Positions 18,377-28,134 of a stretch of 64,000 bases of DNA are shown here, one piece after another. The notes beneath the pieces are model-generated. The model had not been told where the DNA came from and did not search any database. It worked only from the letters and a program-made list of their open reading frames with translations. Location of the stretch: positions 188,197 to 252,196 of the forward strand of contig JALNJZ010000001.1 of NCBI GenBank assembly GCA_023261845.1, in the 5' to 3' direction. The DNA comes from Candidatus Terraquivivens tengchongensis. GTDB taxonomy: Archaea; Thermoproteota; Nitrososphaeria_A; Caldarchaeales; Wolframiiraptoraceae. The stretch's first letter is position 1. Every line of letters starts with the position of its first letter. A program made the position numbers and the translations under genes.

Positions 18377-19159
18377 TTATGTCATCTCGGCACTTTGTAC
18401 CTCTATTAACCCTTTTTCTTGAAGGCTACTTATAACAACTTTTACTTGTGATATATTAAGTCCAAGTTCTGACGCGCATTTTGCTATGTCCAACTCATCA
18501 CCACACTTCATAATATAGGAGTAAACCATACGCTCCTCTTCTGTCAGAACTGGTACCTCTGGGAAGTTTTTCCTCACCTGCTCTGCCGCTATCCTTCTTG
18601 CTTCTTCTAGGATTCCTTCCGCGTCTTTATTGATCTCGATATTACCAGTTGATGTTGTATCAACATATGCTGAAGATGAAGATGTGAAGTCTTCTATCGT
18701 TTCTGCTAGTTCTCTGAGACTATTTGATGCTTCAGGAACGACAAGCGATACTTCCTTCTCAACCGCATCTATGATTGATGTTAAGGGAACTATTAGGCCC
18801 ATTACTTCACCTAGCTCTAGTATCGTTTCAAGCCTAACCTTTATCTGTTCAAGGACTAGACAGCACCTCATAACTATGTCTGCTAACCTTTTTATCTCAG
18901 CTATTTCAACTGCATACATTTTGGCCCTTTCATTATCCTTAGCAATTAAAGCATCTATGCATCTTTCGAAGTATTCTTTGCTTCTAGATAACATGTTCTG
19001 ATATCTTATCCGTAACTTGTCAACTTGGACGGATAAGTTCGTTAAAGAGTCCTCAATCTTCTGTACCAGAGTATCATAGTTTTGAGTAACTATATTGCCT
19101 TGGCTTTCGGATTTTGGGACGAGTTTCTCTTGAATACGCCTTAAGGAAAACCTTACCAA
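18377..19159 (-). CDS. cdvB: ESCRT-III/CdvB-like protein with C-terminal winged helix
   Basis: Snf7-like core (RAKMYAVEIAEIK, LEQIKVRLETI, ILEEA), MIM2-like FPEVP, C-terminal wH (VYSYI...CASELG...LQEKGLI). Adjacent to Vps4. Confidence 0.85.
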   Translation of the reverse strand: MVRFSLRRIQEKLVPKSESQGNIVTQNYDTLVQKIEDSLTNLSVQVDKLRIRYQNMLSRSKEYFERCIDALIAKDNERAKMYAVEIAEIKRLADIVMRCCLVLEQIKVRLETILELGEVMGLIVPLTSIIDAVEKEVSLVVPEASNSLRELAETIEDFTSSSSAYVDTTSTGNIEINKDAEGILEEARRIAAEQVRKNFPEVPVLTEEERMVYSYIMKCGDELDIAKCASELGLNISQVKVVISSLQEKGLIEVQSAEMT

Positions 19160-19397
19160 TCCTACGACCCAGAAAGAAAGGATTCAGCAGAGACTAATAC
19201 CTTTTTACCAATCCTACCGTTGCATAGTTTGCACGTTATACCCCAATAATCTTGTGAATCTACCATTTAGGCGCCTGAGAGATAGTTTCTAGTTTATCGA
19301 ATGATGCATGAAAGGTGCTAGAATTTTTTTAAAATTTATTCTAGTAGGTTAAATATAAGTAAGCTTATCAACTTCTGGAAAATTTGATATACGAAAC

Positions 19398-21218
19398 ATG
19401 TGTGGTATAACGGGTTGCGTGACTGAGGACAAGGTTGTAGCAGGCATACTTTACAAGTCGCTTAAACGCTTAGAGTATAGGGGTTACGACTCGGCTGGTA
19501 TGGCCACGATATTTAACAGAACCCTTTACGTAAAAAAAGATCAAGGGAAAATAGACGAAGTGAATGAGCGGCTGAATTTCAACAACATGCCCGGTAACAT
19601 AGGCATAGCCCATACAAGATGGGCAACGCATGGTGCTCCATCAAAAATTAATGCTCATCCGCATACAGACTGCGACAATAAGCTGGCAGTGGTGCATAAT
19701 GGTGTGATAGAGAATTTTCTTGAACTTAAGAAAGAGCTACTTGACCTCAATCATAAGTTTGCATCAAAGACCGATACGGAAGTTGTTGCTCATCTTTTAG
19801 AAGAAAATTTGAAGAAGGGAGAGAATTTTTTCTCGGCTTTTATTAACACAATTAGGAGGTTAAGTGGGTCTTATGCTATTGCTACTATATACGTTGGAGA
19901 GCCTGATAAGATTTTGGTTGCTAGGCAGGACATGCCACTCCTAATAGGCGTAGGTGATGAATGTATGTTTGTTGCTTCCGATGCCGCTGCCTTCATAGAC
20001 GAGACTAACAAGGCAGTTATCCTTCAGAATGGAGAGGTCGCTGTTGTTACTGCAAAATCTTACGAAATTTACCGTGTTAGGGATGGTGCAAAGGTTGCAA
20101 GGAACCCGATAATTCTCAACTGGACTTTAGAGATGGCTGAAAAGCAAGGCTTCCCGCACTATACTTTAAAAGAGATATTCGAACAACCCCTAACTATAAA
20201 GAGCGCCCTCAGATTGCAAGATGCTTATGTTGACCTCCTAACTGGGTTCTTGGATAGAGGTGAGAAAATTTTCCTGCTAGCAGCCGGGACTTCCTACCAT
20301 GCTTGCCTTGCTGCCTCTTACATGTTCTCAAAGCTGGCCAGACTCACGACGTATCCGGTTGTGGCATCAGAATTTATAGAAAATTATGGTCATTCTATAG
20401 ATATAGGGACAGTTATATTAGCGGTGAGCCAATCCGGCGAGACTGCTGATGTTTTAAATGCGCTCGAGTTCGCTAGACTGAGGGCGGCAACTATACTTGG
20501 AATAACAAACGTCGTTGGATCGACTTTGACAAGAATCTCTAGGGCTTACTTGCTACAGAATGCTGGACCAGAAATTGGCGTTGCGGCGACCAAAACGTTT
20601 ACGTCGCAACTTATTGTGCTTGCACAACTTGCTCTAAGGTTAGCAAAGAAAAGGGGGAAGATGGCGCAATATGAGATGGACGAGTTTAGGGATAAGTTAT
20701 ACGAAATGCCTGATGTGGTCTCGCAAGTTCTTGAAATGGTTAGAGAACCCATGCAAGAGTTAGCAAAGAAATACGCTAAAGAGAGGTTTTTCCTATTTCT
20801 TGGAAGGGGTATAAGTACTGCGACAGCATTCGAAGGTAGGCTAAAGGTCATGGAACTTTCTTACATACCGTGTATAGCATATCCTGCGGGTGAGAGTAAG
20901 CACGGACCTATAAGCATTATAGAAAAAGGCGTACCCGTATTTTTTATATGTCCAAAGGATGAAACCAGGAAGGCCATCATTGGAAATATAGAGGAGATGA
21001 AAGCTAGGGGCGCAAAGATAATAACCATAGGTAACAAGGATGATGAGGAGTTGATGGAAATATCGGATGATTACGTTGGGTTGCCAGACGTTCATGAATT
21101 GCTAAGTCCAATAATTTACACGTTGCCGTTCCAGCTCTTAGCGTATTATTTAGCAATTGAAAGAGGTTTAGATCCAGATAAACCTAGGAACCTCGCAAAA
21201 TCTGTTACAGTCTTATGA
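19398..21218 (+). CDS. glmS: Glucosamine-fructose-6-phosphate aminotransferase
   Basis: MCGI, LEYRGYDSAG, HTRWATHG, SQSGETAD, VAATK, KHGP, PRNLAKSVT. Confidence 0.97.
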   Translation: MCGITGCVTEDKVVAGILYKSLKRLEYRGYDSAGMATIFNRTLYVKKDQGKIDEVNERLNFNNMPGNIGIAHTRWATHGAPSKINAHPHTDCDNKLAVVHNGVIENFLELKKELLDLNHKFASKTDTEVVAHLLEENLKKGENFFSAFINTIRRLSGSYAIATIYVGEPDKILVARQDMPLLIGVGDECMFVASDAAAFIDETNKAVILQNGEVAVVTAKSYEIYRVRDGAKVARNPIILNWTLEMAEKQGFPHYTLKEIFEQPLTIKSALRLQDAYVDLLTGFLDRGEKIFLLAAGTSYHACLAASYMFSKLARLTTYPVVASEFIENYGHSIDIGTVILAVSQSGETADVLNALEFARLRAATILGITNVVGSTLTRISRAYLLQNAGPEIGVAATKTFTSQLIVLAQLALRLAKKRGKMAQYEMDEFRDKLYEMPDVVSQVLEMVREPMQELAKKYAKERFFLFLGRGISTATAFEGRLKVMELSYIPCIAYPAGESKHGPISIIEKGVPVFFICPKDETRKAIIGNIEEMKARGAKIITIGNKDDEELMEISDDYVGLPDVHELLSPIIYTLPFQLLAYYLAIERGLDPDKPRNLAKSVTVL

Positions 21219-21262
21219 CTGCCAAAAATTTTAAATATCCTTAACTATATATTTGGAACTTT

Positions 21263-21718
21263 GTGGTAAATTATTGGATCCTTATAGCCAAGGATCATAA
21301 TTATGATGGGTCTATTGTTTCGGCGATAACTATCATTAAAAACAGGGTTGAACATAAGTTTTGGATACTTAATAAAAACACACCCGGAATTAAGAGACTT
21401 AAACCAGGAGATAAAGCTGTCTTCTATGCTGCGAGTTTTGAAGGGAAAGGTTTCTGTGGTTGGGGAGAGCTGTCCACAGAGCCTCATCCGCTTACACCGG
21501 ATCAAAGGTTTTATGCTTTTGGTAAACCTTCAATGTTATTCGATTTTGCCGTGGACTTCAAGATAGCCGAGTTCTGGCCAAAGCTAAAACCAATAGAAAA
21601 GCTCGCCTCCGTATTAAGTTTCCTTAAGGATAAATCTAACTATATAAGGTGTTTTAGAGGGAGCATAAGGGCCATAACTCAAGAGGATTTCGAGCACATC
21701 ATTTCCGCGCAAGTGTAA
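21263..21718 (+). CDS. EVE domain-containing protein
   Basis: NYWILI, FW...LKPGDKAVFY...GFCG and C-terminal I.QEDF..I fit the EVE/PUA-like pattern. Confidence 0.75.
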   Translation: MVNYWILIAKDHNYDGSIVSAITIIKNRVEHKFWILNKNTPGIKRLKPGDKAVFYAASFEGKGFCGWGELSTEPHPLTPDQRFYAFGKPSMLFDFAVDFKIAEFWPKLKPIEKLASVLSFLKDKSNYIRCFRGSIRAITQEDFEHIISAQV

Positions 21719-22514
21719 CGGGGATGGGTGGTATCGGTATAGGTAATCTTTTATGCTCGCTTCTTTTTATCATCATAAGAATCTTCTTCGCTAGTTCTGT
21801 TTGTATGTTAACTAATTTTGATGCGGTTTCAACGTCTATGCCCAAATCACACAGGTAATATAGAAGTAAATCGAGTTGCTCGTACTTTAAGCCTATCTCA
21901 TCTTCATCTGTCTGACCTTTCCAAAGCCCAGCCGTTGGTGTCTTCCAAACTATACTTGACGGTATTCCTAGATGTTCTGCTAGTTGCCTTACCTGTGTTT
22001 TGTACAGATTGCCAATCGGCAGACAGTCAACACCACCATCTCCGTATTTTGTGTAATATCCAATTAGGAGCTCACTCCTATTCCCCGTCCCAGCTACCAA
22101 TCTATTTAATATGTTTGCATGGTAATATAATATGGTCATCCTAACTCTGGGCTTTATGTTGCCCTTAGCCAAGACTGATGCCTGAGATCCGTGTTTGCAT
22201 ATATTGGCCAAAGAATCTGAAATCCTCGTAATATCCATGATTTCATATTCTATACCTAGAATAGATGCAATACGTTCGGCATCTAATACGTCTTCTTGGG
22301 GCGTTGTATCAGATGGCATTAAAAGGCCCAAGACTTTTTTCCGTCCAACCGCTTCAACACAAAGTTTTACCACGACCGACGAGTCAACACCTCCGCTCAG
22401 ACCCAAGACATAACCATCTGCTCCGGACTCCTCGATTAGTTTCCTTAGAAATTCAAGTATTATTGCTTTGGTCTCGTTTACATTAATCTTTAACACTTCA
22501 ACAGCAGACATCAT
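21699..22514 (-). CDS. nadE: NH3-dependent NAD+ synthetase
   Basis: LSGGVDS, NIKPRVRM, GTGNRSE, GYYTKYGDG, LYKTQV, PTAGLW.GQTDE, HKR. Confidence 0.96.
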   Translation of the reverse strand: MMSAVEVLKINVNETKAIILEFLRKLIEESGADGYVLGLSGGVDSSVVVKLCVEAVGRKKVLGLLMPSDTTPQEDVLDAERIASILGIEYEIMDITRISDSLANICKHGSQASVLAKGNIKPRVRMTILYYHANILNRLVAGTGNRSELLIGYYTKYGDGGVDCLPIGNLYKTQVRQLAEHLGIPSSIVWKTPTAGLWKGQTDEDEIGLKYEQLDLLLYYLCDLGIDVETASKLVNIQTELAKKILMMIKRSEHKRLPIPIPPIPVTLARK

Positions 22515-22566
22515 GCTCGCCGATTATTGTATTATACGTACTATTAAAAACATTATTTTTAAATAA

Positions 22567-23559
22567 TTATGGTGAGTAGATTCCTGCCACCTTTGGGTAA
22601 GGCCTCGCTTCCCAAACAGTTCTCAAGCCACACACAAACCTAGTGAGTCTCTCCACACCTATTCCAAAGCCGGATGTAGGTGAGATGCCTTCTCGAAGCA
22701 TTTCAAGATACCATCCATACTTAGCAGGATCCTCACCGTTCTCATGCATCCTTGCCACTACCTTTTCGTAAATGTATTCACGTTCAGCCCCAGAGACCGC
22801 CTCGCCGTAACCCTCAGGGTAAAGTAGGTCAAAATCCCTAAGTATCCCAGGTCTCGCAGGATCCTCCATATCATAGAAACCTCTTGAACCCTTTGGGTAA
22901 TCCATTACAAAGAATGGCGTAGGCATTAACTTTGATAACAGTTCCTCCTCTTCCCAAGGTATTTCGACGCCATATTTGATTGTATGCCCCTTCTTAGCGA
23001 GTATTTCTAAAACTTCAGCGTAAGTCAGCCTAGGATAGGGCGGTTTGTATACCTTTAAATCCCTGCCCAGCTCCTCGAGTTGTCTGGAACAAGCATCTTT
23101 AACATAACCGAGCGTATGTGCCAATAGTCTCTCTGCCGTCCTCATCGCACCATGATAATCAACATATGCTTCTTCAATGTCTACCTGAACAAACTCAACG
23201 AGGTGTCTACCGGTGTAAGCCGTCTCGAGTGGTTCGAGTCTAACATTGGGTGAGAAGAAGTATATCTTCCCCAGAGCGGTTGCCATCATCTGTTTGTAAA
23301 GTATTGCGCTACTCATCACTTTGTACTCTCTACCGTAAAAGTCTATCGTAGCCTGCTTGGCACCCCTTATACCAGGATCTGTAACTGGACCTATTATTGG
23401 TGGTAGAAGTTCTGTGAAACCTTCAGAATCTAGATAATCCCTTATTCCTTTGAATATCTCAGCCTGTACCTTCAGCACAGTCTTCATTTTTTGAGTCCTC
23501 ACGATGAGGTAAGACTTTTGCAACATCTCTAGTTCAACCGAGGTTAGCTTCTCCATCAT
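22567..23559 (-). CDS. asnA: Archaeal asparagine synthetase A (AsnRS catalytic-core paralog lacking the anticodon domain)
   Basis: VTDPG, SSAILYKQ, SPNVRLE, RHLVEF, GYGEAVSGAERE, GFGIGVERL, with no OB fold. ATG at 23559 preferred over 23625. Confidence 0.85.
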   Translation of the reverse strand: MMEKLTSVELEMLQKSYLIVRTQKMKTVLKVQAEIFKGIRDYLDSEGFTELLPPIIGPVTDPGIRGAKQATIDFYGREYKVMSSAILYKQMMATALGKIYFFSPNVRLEPLETAYTGRHLVEFVQVDIEEAYVDYHGAMRTAERLLAHTLGYVKDACSRQLEELGRDLKVYKPPYPRLTYAEVLEILAKKGHTIKYGVEIPWEEEELLSKLMPTPFFVMDYPKGSRGFYDMEDPARPGILRDFDLLYPEGYGEAVSGAEREYIYEKVVARMHENGEDPAKYGWYLEMLREGISPTSGFGIGVERLTRFVCGLRTVWEARPYPKVAGIYSP

Positions 23560-23976
23560 ATTACCCCTTGTTATTATGTCAATAAAATGGCTTATTATTA
23601 AGCATTTATACAAAATACATATCATTTTGCCGTTTTTTTAAATTATAAACCATGTTTTTTCGTCAATTAGACGTATAAATGCCATGCATCCCACACTACC
23701 CTAGCGTAGGGCATGCGGCGGTCGCCAACTTTTCCAAAAGCATACAAAAACCCTTTTGTAGTTTGTAAAATTGAATAATTACTACTATTTTGGGTTACTA
23801 CAATACACTAAGCCTAAATGTGTCGTTTTTCCACATACGTGTATTTCGAGTCCACACCACTATGGTTGTTATCGTGCTGGTTTGTGAAAAACGTGCCAAA
23901 AGAGGGCGAGTGCCAGCCTATTTTTACCCACTAAACATAAGGAATGCTTTAAATAGTATAACTTTGTAAAAAAGTC

Positions 23977-24243
23977 ATGGAAAGTATCAGGATAGCCCGG
24001 AAGGGTACGGCATTAAGGGATGAAGAGGGAAAACTGCTACTAGTTAACGAAGACAACGAAGCCTACATTGCTAACGAAATTGTTGTATACATTTGGAATG
24101 TATGCGATGGTAAAACGTTAGACGAACTTACCAAAGAGATTGCAGAAGCCATGAATAGGGATACGGGAGAAGTAAAGGAGGCGCTCTCAGAATTAATCGG
24201 TAAGCTTAAGGAGGCTAAGTTGGTAGAATATACCGCTCCTTAG
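23977..24243 (+). CDS. PqqD family (RiPP recognition element-like) protein
   Basis: Beta-rich N-terminus followed by NE....IW..CDGKT..E...L....LV, the PqqD pattern. 88 aa. Confidence 0.75.
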   Translation: MESIRIARKGTALRDEEGKLLLVNEDNEAYIANEIVVYIWNVCDGKTLDELTKEIAEAMNRDTGEVKEALSELIGKLKEAKLVEYTAP

Positions 24244-24388
24244 GTTTATCTATTAATTCTTAGAGTGTCCTCTTTTACGTATCCGCAAAACCAATGACGT
24301 AGGTAGTCGATTGGGTCAGCTGTTATTATAAACGTACGTTAATCAGGTAATTAAAGGTAAAATAGGCTATAAGTTCTTAAAGTTTTGG

Positions 24389-25081
24389 TTGCTCGGGATG
24401 CCACTAGCTGCTAAGATCTTCAGAGTTAAGGTCGATACATCGTTAGAGGAGTTAGCAGATAAATTAAGGGATTATAGGTCCGTTGAAATTCAGAAAGAAG
24501 GTGAAGAAGAGTTCGAACTACTCATAGAGGTGGGAGATCTCAAAATCGAGGGTGAACATTTATCGGGCATAATAAGCAAGGATAAGCTGATCTTTGTAAA
24601 CCAACGCGGCAAGCTTAAACCTGTACTGAAGACCGTAGACGCTAGAATAATTTTCAGCAAACTTAAGGATAAGTTACTACTTACTGTAGTTCAAGAAAAG
24701 CATTTTGCGAACGCAATAGCATCCATGCTTAGTCAACTACTATTCTTATCCTATAAGGCAATCGTAGAGGCAAACATTAAACCTGAAACGCTTCAGGAGT
24801 TCCACGAAAGAAATCCTGAGGGGACAAAAGTCATATACTTTGATAATATAGACATACCCTCCGTGAACAAGCTTGCGCTTTATGGTGATGCGCTTAAGAA
24901 CTCACCCCTATACGAAGAGTATCTAGCGCATGGAAAGATATGGTATATAGTTTTTACAAGTAGAAGGAATGGTGCAGTAATGGGCCTGACACGAAACTGT
25001 GTGGTTACCTCATTTACTAAGATGCCAGAAGAAGATTTCGTGCAATGTATATTCGAAGAAGTTTACCCCCTTATCAGCTAG
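24389..25081 (+). CDS. Conserved archaeal hypothetical protein
   Basis: Long ORF with typical composition. No motif recognised. Confidence 0.7.
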   Translation: MLGMPLAAKIFRVKVDTSLEELADKLRDYRSVEIQKEGEEEFELLIEVGDLKIEGEHLSGIISKDKLIFVNQRGKLKPVLKTVDARIIFSKLKDKLLLTVVQEKHFANAIASMLSQLLFLSYKAIVEANIKPETLQEFHERNPEGTKVIYFDNIDIPSVNKLALYGDALKNSPLYEEYLAHGKIWYIVFTSRRNGAVMGLTRNCVVTSFTKMPEEDFVQCIFEEVYPLIS

Positions 25082-25269
25082 CTGATGAAACCTTTGCTCT
25101 CCGTATCTATCTTTGATGTTTCTATAAGCTTCGTCCTTCCGGTCTTTGACTTTTTGATGACATTGAAGCCACAATATGGGCATCTCGTCTCAGAAACTTT
25201 TGATAATTTGTCCTTTTCGAATACCCTTCTACACCAGACACATTCGTACAATATACGTTGCTCAGACAT
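25078..25269 (-). CDS. rpo12: DNA-directed RNA polymerase subunit Rpo12 (P)
   Basis: YECVWC...RCPYCGFNVIKK zinc ribbon. ATG at 25269 preferred over 25326. Confidence 0.85.
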   Translation of the reverse strand: MSEQRILYECVWCRRVFEKDKLSKVSETRCPYCGFNVIKKSKTGRTKLIETSKIDTESKGFIS

Positions 25270-25390
25270 ACTCCATTGCCCGCGAAGTCTTAGAGGACAG
25301 GTTCTCGATAAATGTTTCTGAAACATAAAATCTTTCGGACATGTAAACTTATATAGGCTGTAGGGGATTGCGAGAAAAGGTTTCGTTTAA

Positions 25391-26083
25391 ATGGTGAGCC
25401 GTGGTTTGTCCAAAGAAACCTTAATCGTGGTTTGGGAAGGTACCGATGGTTCTGGGAAGACGAGTTTGATATGGGCTGTGAAAGATTTGCTCTTAAAAAA
25501 AGGCTACCGCGTAGGGACTTATAAGACACCGGGAGATACAAGAACGGGCAGGTTTGCTTTAGAATATGGAAACATGCAAGGGATTGATGGATTTACTAGA
25601 ATGCTTCTATTCGCCGCTAACACCGCCGACGATTCTAAGCTTATACGAGCGCAAATAGATAACTTGAGACCGCATTTCGAGTTTATAGACAGATATTACT
25701 TATGTTCGATAGTGTATGGGGTTGCAATATTAAAAACCAAGCATAAAAAGACAGTGGGTGTTGAAGATGTTGAAACCCTTCTTAAGTTGTTTGAAAGGTT
25801 AGGTCAGGACATATTTGTTAGACCTGATGTATACGTACTTGTTGACGTAGAAGAAGAAGTGAGGTTAAGACGCGCCATATCAAAACACAGTAAGACACAT
25901 TCGGCTGACCTATCCTATGAGCTTGATTCACGTTTGCAAGAGGAGGTGAGGGAAATCTATAAACTATTGATGGAAAGGGAAATCATAAAGGCCATTTGGG
26001 TTAATAACGTAGAAAATAAACTTAAGGAGAACGCCATAATATTAGCAGATAAATTGGTAGAACTGCGTAGAAGTATGTTGTGA
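25391..26083 (+). CDS. tmk: Thymidylate kinase family protein
   Basis: EGTDGSGKTS P-loop, LLFAA, DRY..S..Y, PD. Confidence 0.8.
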   Translation: MVSRGLSKETLIVVWEGTDGSGKTSLIWAVKDLLLKKGYRVGTYKTPGDTRTGRFALEYGNMQGIDGFTRMLLFAANTADDSKLIRAQIDNLRPHFEFIDRYYLCSIVYGVAILKTKHKKTVGVEDVETLLKLFERLGQDIFVRPDVYVLVDVEEEVRLRRAISKHSKTHSADLSYELDSRLQEEVREIYKLLMEREIIKAIWVNNVENKLKENAIILADKLVELRRSML

Positions 26084-26086
26084 GGT

Positions 26087-26665
26087 ATGCGTATGAATTC
26101 ACAAGGTTTAATCAGGTGCTTCATAGCAGTCGATGTATGCGTTCCTACAATCGTTGAAAAAATACTAGACATTCAATCTAAACTGGAGACGGTTGGTGCT
26201 GACATTAAGTTCGTTGAACCACATAACCTTCACTTAACACTTTGGTTCTTAGGGGAGATAACGGAACAAAAGCTTCGACAAGTTATGGAAGCAGTAAAGA
26301 AAGTAAAATTTAGTAAGTTTAACATAAACCTGAAGGGCTTAGGATACTTTCCGGGAGGCGGAAGAGTTAATGTAATATGGGTAGGTGTGGAGGATCCTAG
26401 TGATACATTAAGGTCAATATACTTACAGCTTGTGAAGTTATTAGAGCCAATAGGCTTCAGAGCAGAAGAAAGGGAGTTTACACCGCATCTTACGATAGGC
26501 AGGGTTAAATCTGTAAAAGATAAGACAAGACTCCTATCATTAATCAAGGATGTAGCGCATTTGGATTTTGGTGTACAACCCGTGGATAGGTTATTCCTTA
26601 AAAGAAGCGTATTAACGCAAAAAGGCCCTATTTACAGTAACCTCTTAGCAGTCGAGGGTGAATGA
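26087..26665 (+). CDS. thpR: RNA 2',3'-cyclic phosphodiesterase (2'-5' RNA ligase, 2H family)
   Basis: RCFIAVD, two HxT motifs (HLTL, PHLTIGR), GPIY. Confidence 0.93.
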   Translation: MRMNSQGLIRCFIAVDVCVPTIVEKILDIQSKLETVGADIKFVEPHNLHLTLWFLGEITEQKLRQVMEAVKKVKFSKFNINLKGLGYFPGGGRVNVIWVGVEDPSDTLRSIYLQLVKLLEPIGFRAEEREFTPHLTIGRVKSVKDKTRLLSLIKDVAHLDFGVQPVDRLFLKRSVLTQKGPIYSNLLAVEGE

Positions 26666-26668
26666 GGT

Positions 26669-28090
26669 TTGAAAAATGTAGAAGAGGTTACGGCAGAGGT
26701 TTTACTGAAGATAAGACCGTCGCTTGTAGAATCGGAGAAGCTTATGCAACTAGCTAATGAACTGCTGGAGGCAGTGAAGAAAATATCGAGTAATTATGAG
26801 GGAATAATTGATGCCAGGCTCGAGGGGTCAGTGGCTAAAGGTACATGGATAAGGAGTAGAGAAGAAGTTGATATATTCGTTCAGTTCTCGAAAGATGTAG
26901 ATAAAGCTAAGCTGGAGAAGACAATCCTAGAAGTTGGCAACACTGTTATTAAGAAGTTTGGTGGAAAAACGGAGGTCAGATACGCTGAACATCCGTACGT
27001 AGAAGGTATACTTAACAGTGTGAGAGTCAACATCGTCGCATGTTACAAAGTTGAGCCCGGCATGTGGTTAAGCGCCGTTGATAGAACACCTTACCATACT
27101 GAGTACATTAAATCAAAACTTACTGGAACGCTCGTGGATGATGTTAGATTGATGAAGTCGTTCATGCTTGGTTGTGGCGTATATGGGGCTGAGTTGAGGG
27201 TAGGTGGTTTTAGTGGTTACCTTGCGGAAATTCTCACGATAAACTACGGCAGCTTCTCTAACACCATTAAAGCCGCTTCAAACTGGAGACCTCCTGTATA
27301 TATAGACATTGAAGGGCACTATGCTGATAAAAGAGAGGCTTTGGAGGCTTTTGGTAGACCATCCATCCTAGTTATCGATCCTGTTGATAAAAAAAGAAAT
27401 GTAGCTGCTGCCGTAACCGATACGAAGTTATCAGAATTTATTCTTGCATCGAAGTTGTTTTTTGATTCACCAACTGAGAAGTTCTTCTACATCCCCGGAT
27501 GCGTTAATAAACGCATAACTATGACAGAAGTTAGAAGAATACTAAGGGGTAGATGCATACTAGGGCTAAGGTTAAAAGTCCAACAAAAACCACCGGACGT
27601 TCTTTGGGGTGAGATAAAACATACTTTGAAGGGAATATGTAGAGCTTTAGAGCACGAAGATTTTAAGGTATTTAGATATGATGCATGGTACGAAGGCAAT
27701 ATATGCGTTATGCTCTTTGAACTTCAGGAATTAAATTTACCTACCTGTTATATCCACATCGGTCCACCGACACACCTTGACAATGCGTTAGAGTTCGTCA
27801 AAAAGCACTCCGATGCACAAGATACGGTTGCTGGTCCATGGGTCAGTGGTTCAAGACTTTATGTACTTAAATCAAGAGATAAGACTTCAGTTAAGGACAT
27901 AATTAGAATGAGGCTAGCAAGAGGTGATATAAGTGTGTCGGCCGGACTTATGGAGGCTGTTAAGGGTGCGAAAATATACAAATCTGGTGAAGAACTGGCC
28001 AAGTTTGCCTCAAAGAACACCAGCTTTCGTCAGTTTCTCTTTGAATTCTTGGAGGCGAGGCCACCATTCTTAGCCAAGCACGTCCAATAA
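26669..28090 (+). CDS. cca: CCA-adding tRNA nucleotidyltransferase (class I)
   Basis: GSVAKGTW...EVDIF, YAEHPYV, SAVDRTPYH, GFSGYLAE, DPVD..RNVAAA, H.GPP. Confidence 0.95.
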   Translation: MKNVEEVTAEVLLKIRPSLVESEKLMQLANELLEAVKKISSNYEGIIDARLEGSVAKGTWIRSREEVDIFVQFSKDVDKAKLEKTILEVGNTVIKKFGGKTEVRYAEHPYVEGILNSVRVNIVACYKVEPGMWLSAVDRTPYHTEYIKSKLTGTLVDDVRLMKSFMLGCGVYGAELRVGGFSGYLAEILTINYGSFSNTIKAASNWRPPVYIDIEGHYADKREALEAFGRPSILVIDPVDKKRNVAAAVTDTKLSEFILASKLFFDSPTEKFFYIPGCVNKRITMTEVRRILRGRCILGLRLKVQQKPPDVLWGEIKHTLKGICRALEHEDFKVFRYDAWYEGNICVMLFELQELNLPTCYIHIGPPTHLDNALEFVKKHSDAQDTVAGPWVSGSRLYVLKSRDKTSVKDIIRMRLARGDISVSAGLMEAVKGAKIYKSGEELAKFASKNTSFRQFLFEFLEARPPFLAKHVQ

Positions 28091-28134
28091 GTCTAAAACA
28101 ATTACTTAAAGAGCACATACATTTTGCATCTATC

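Noticed and set aside
19153-19217. 13-nt direct repeat TTACCAATCCTAC at and upstream of the cdvB start
   Set aside because: Short, only two copies and no other support. It could be chance or a small local duplication.
23679-23934. Short ORFs (29 and 38 aa) upstream of pqqD as RiPP precursors
   Set aside because: No leader/core character, no clear ribosome-binding site and no modifying enzyme nearby.
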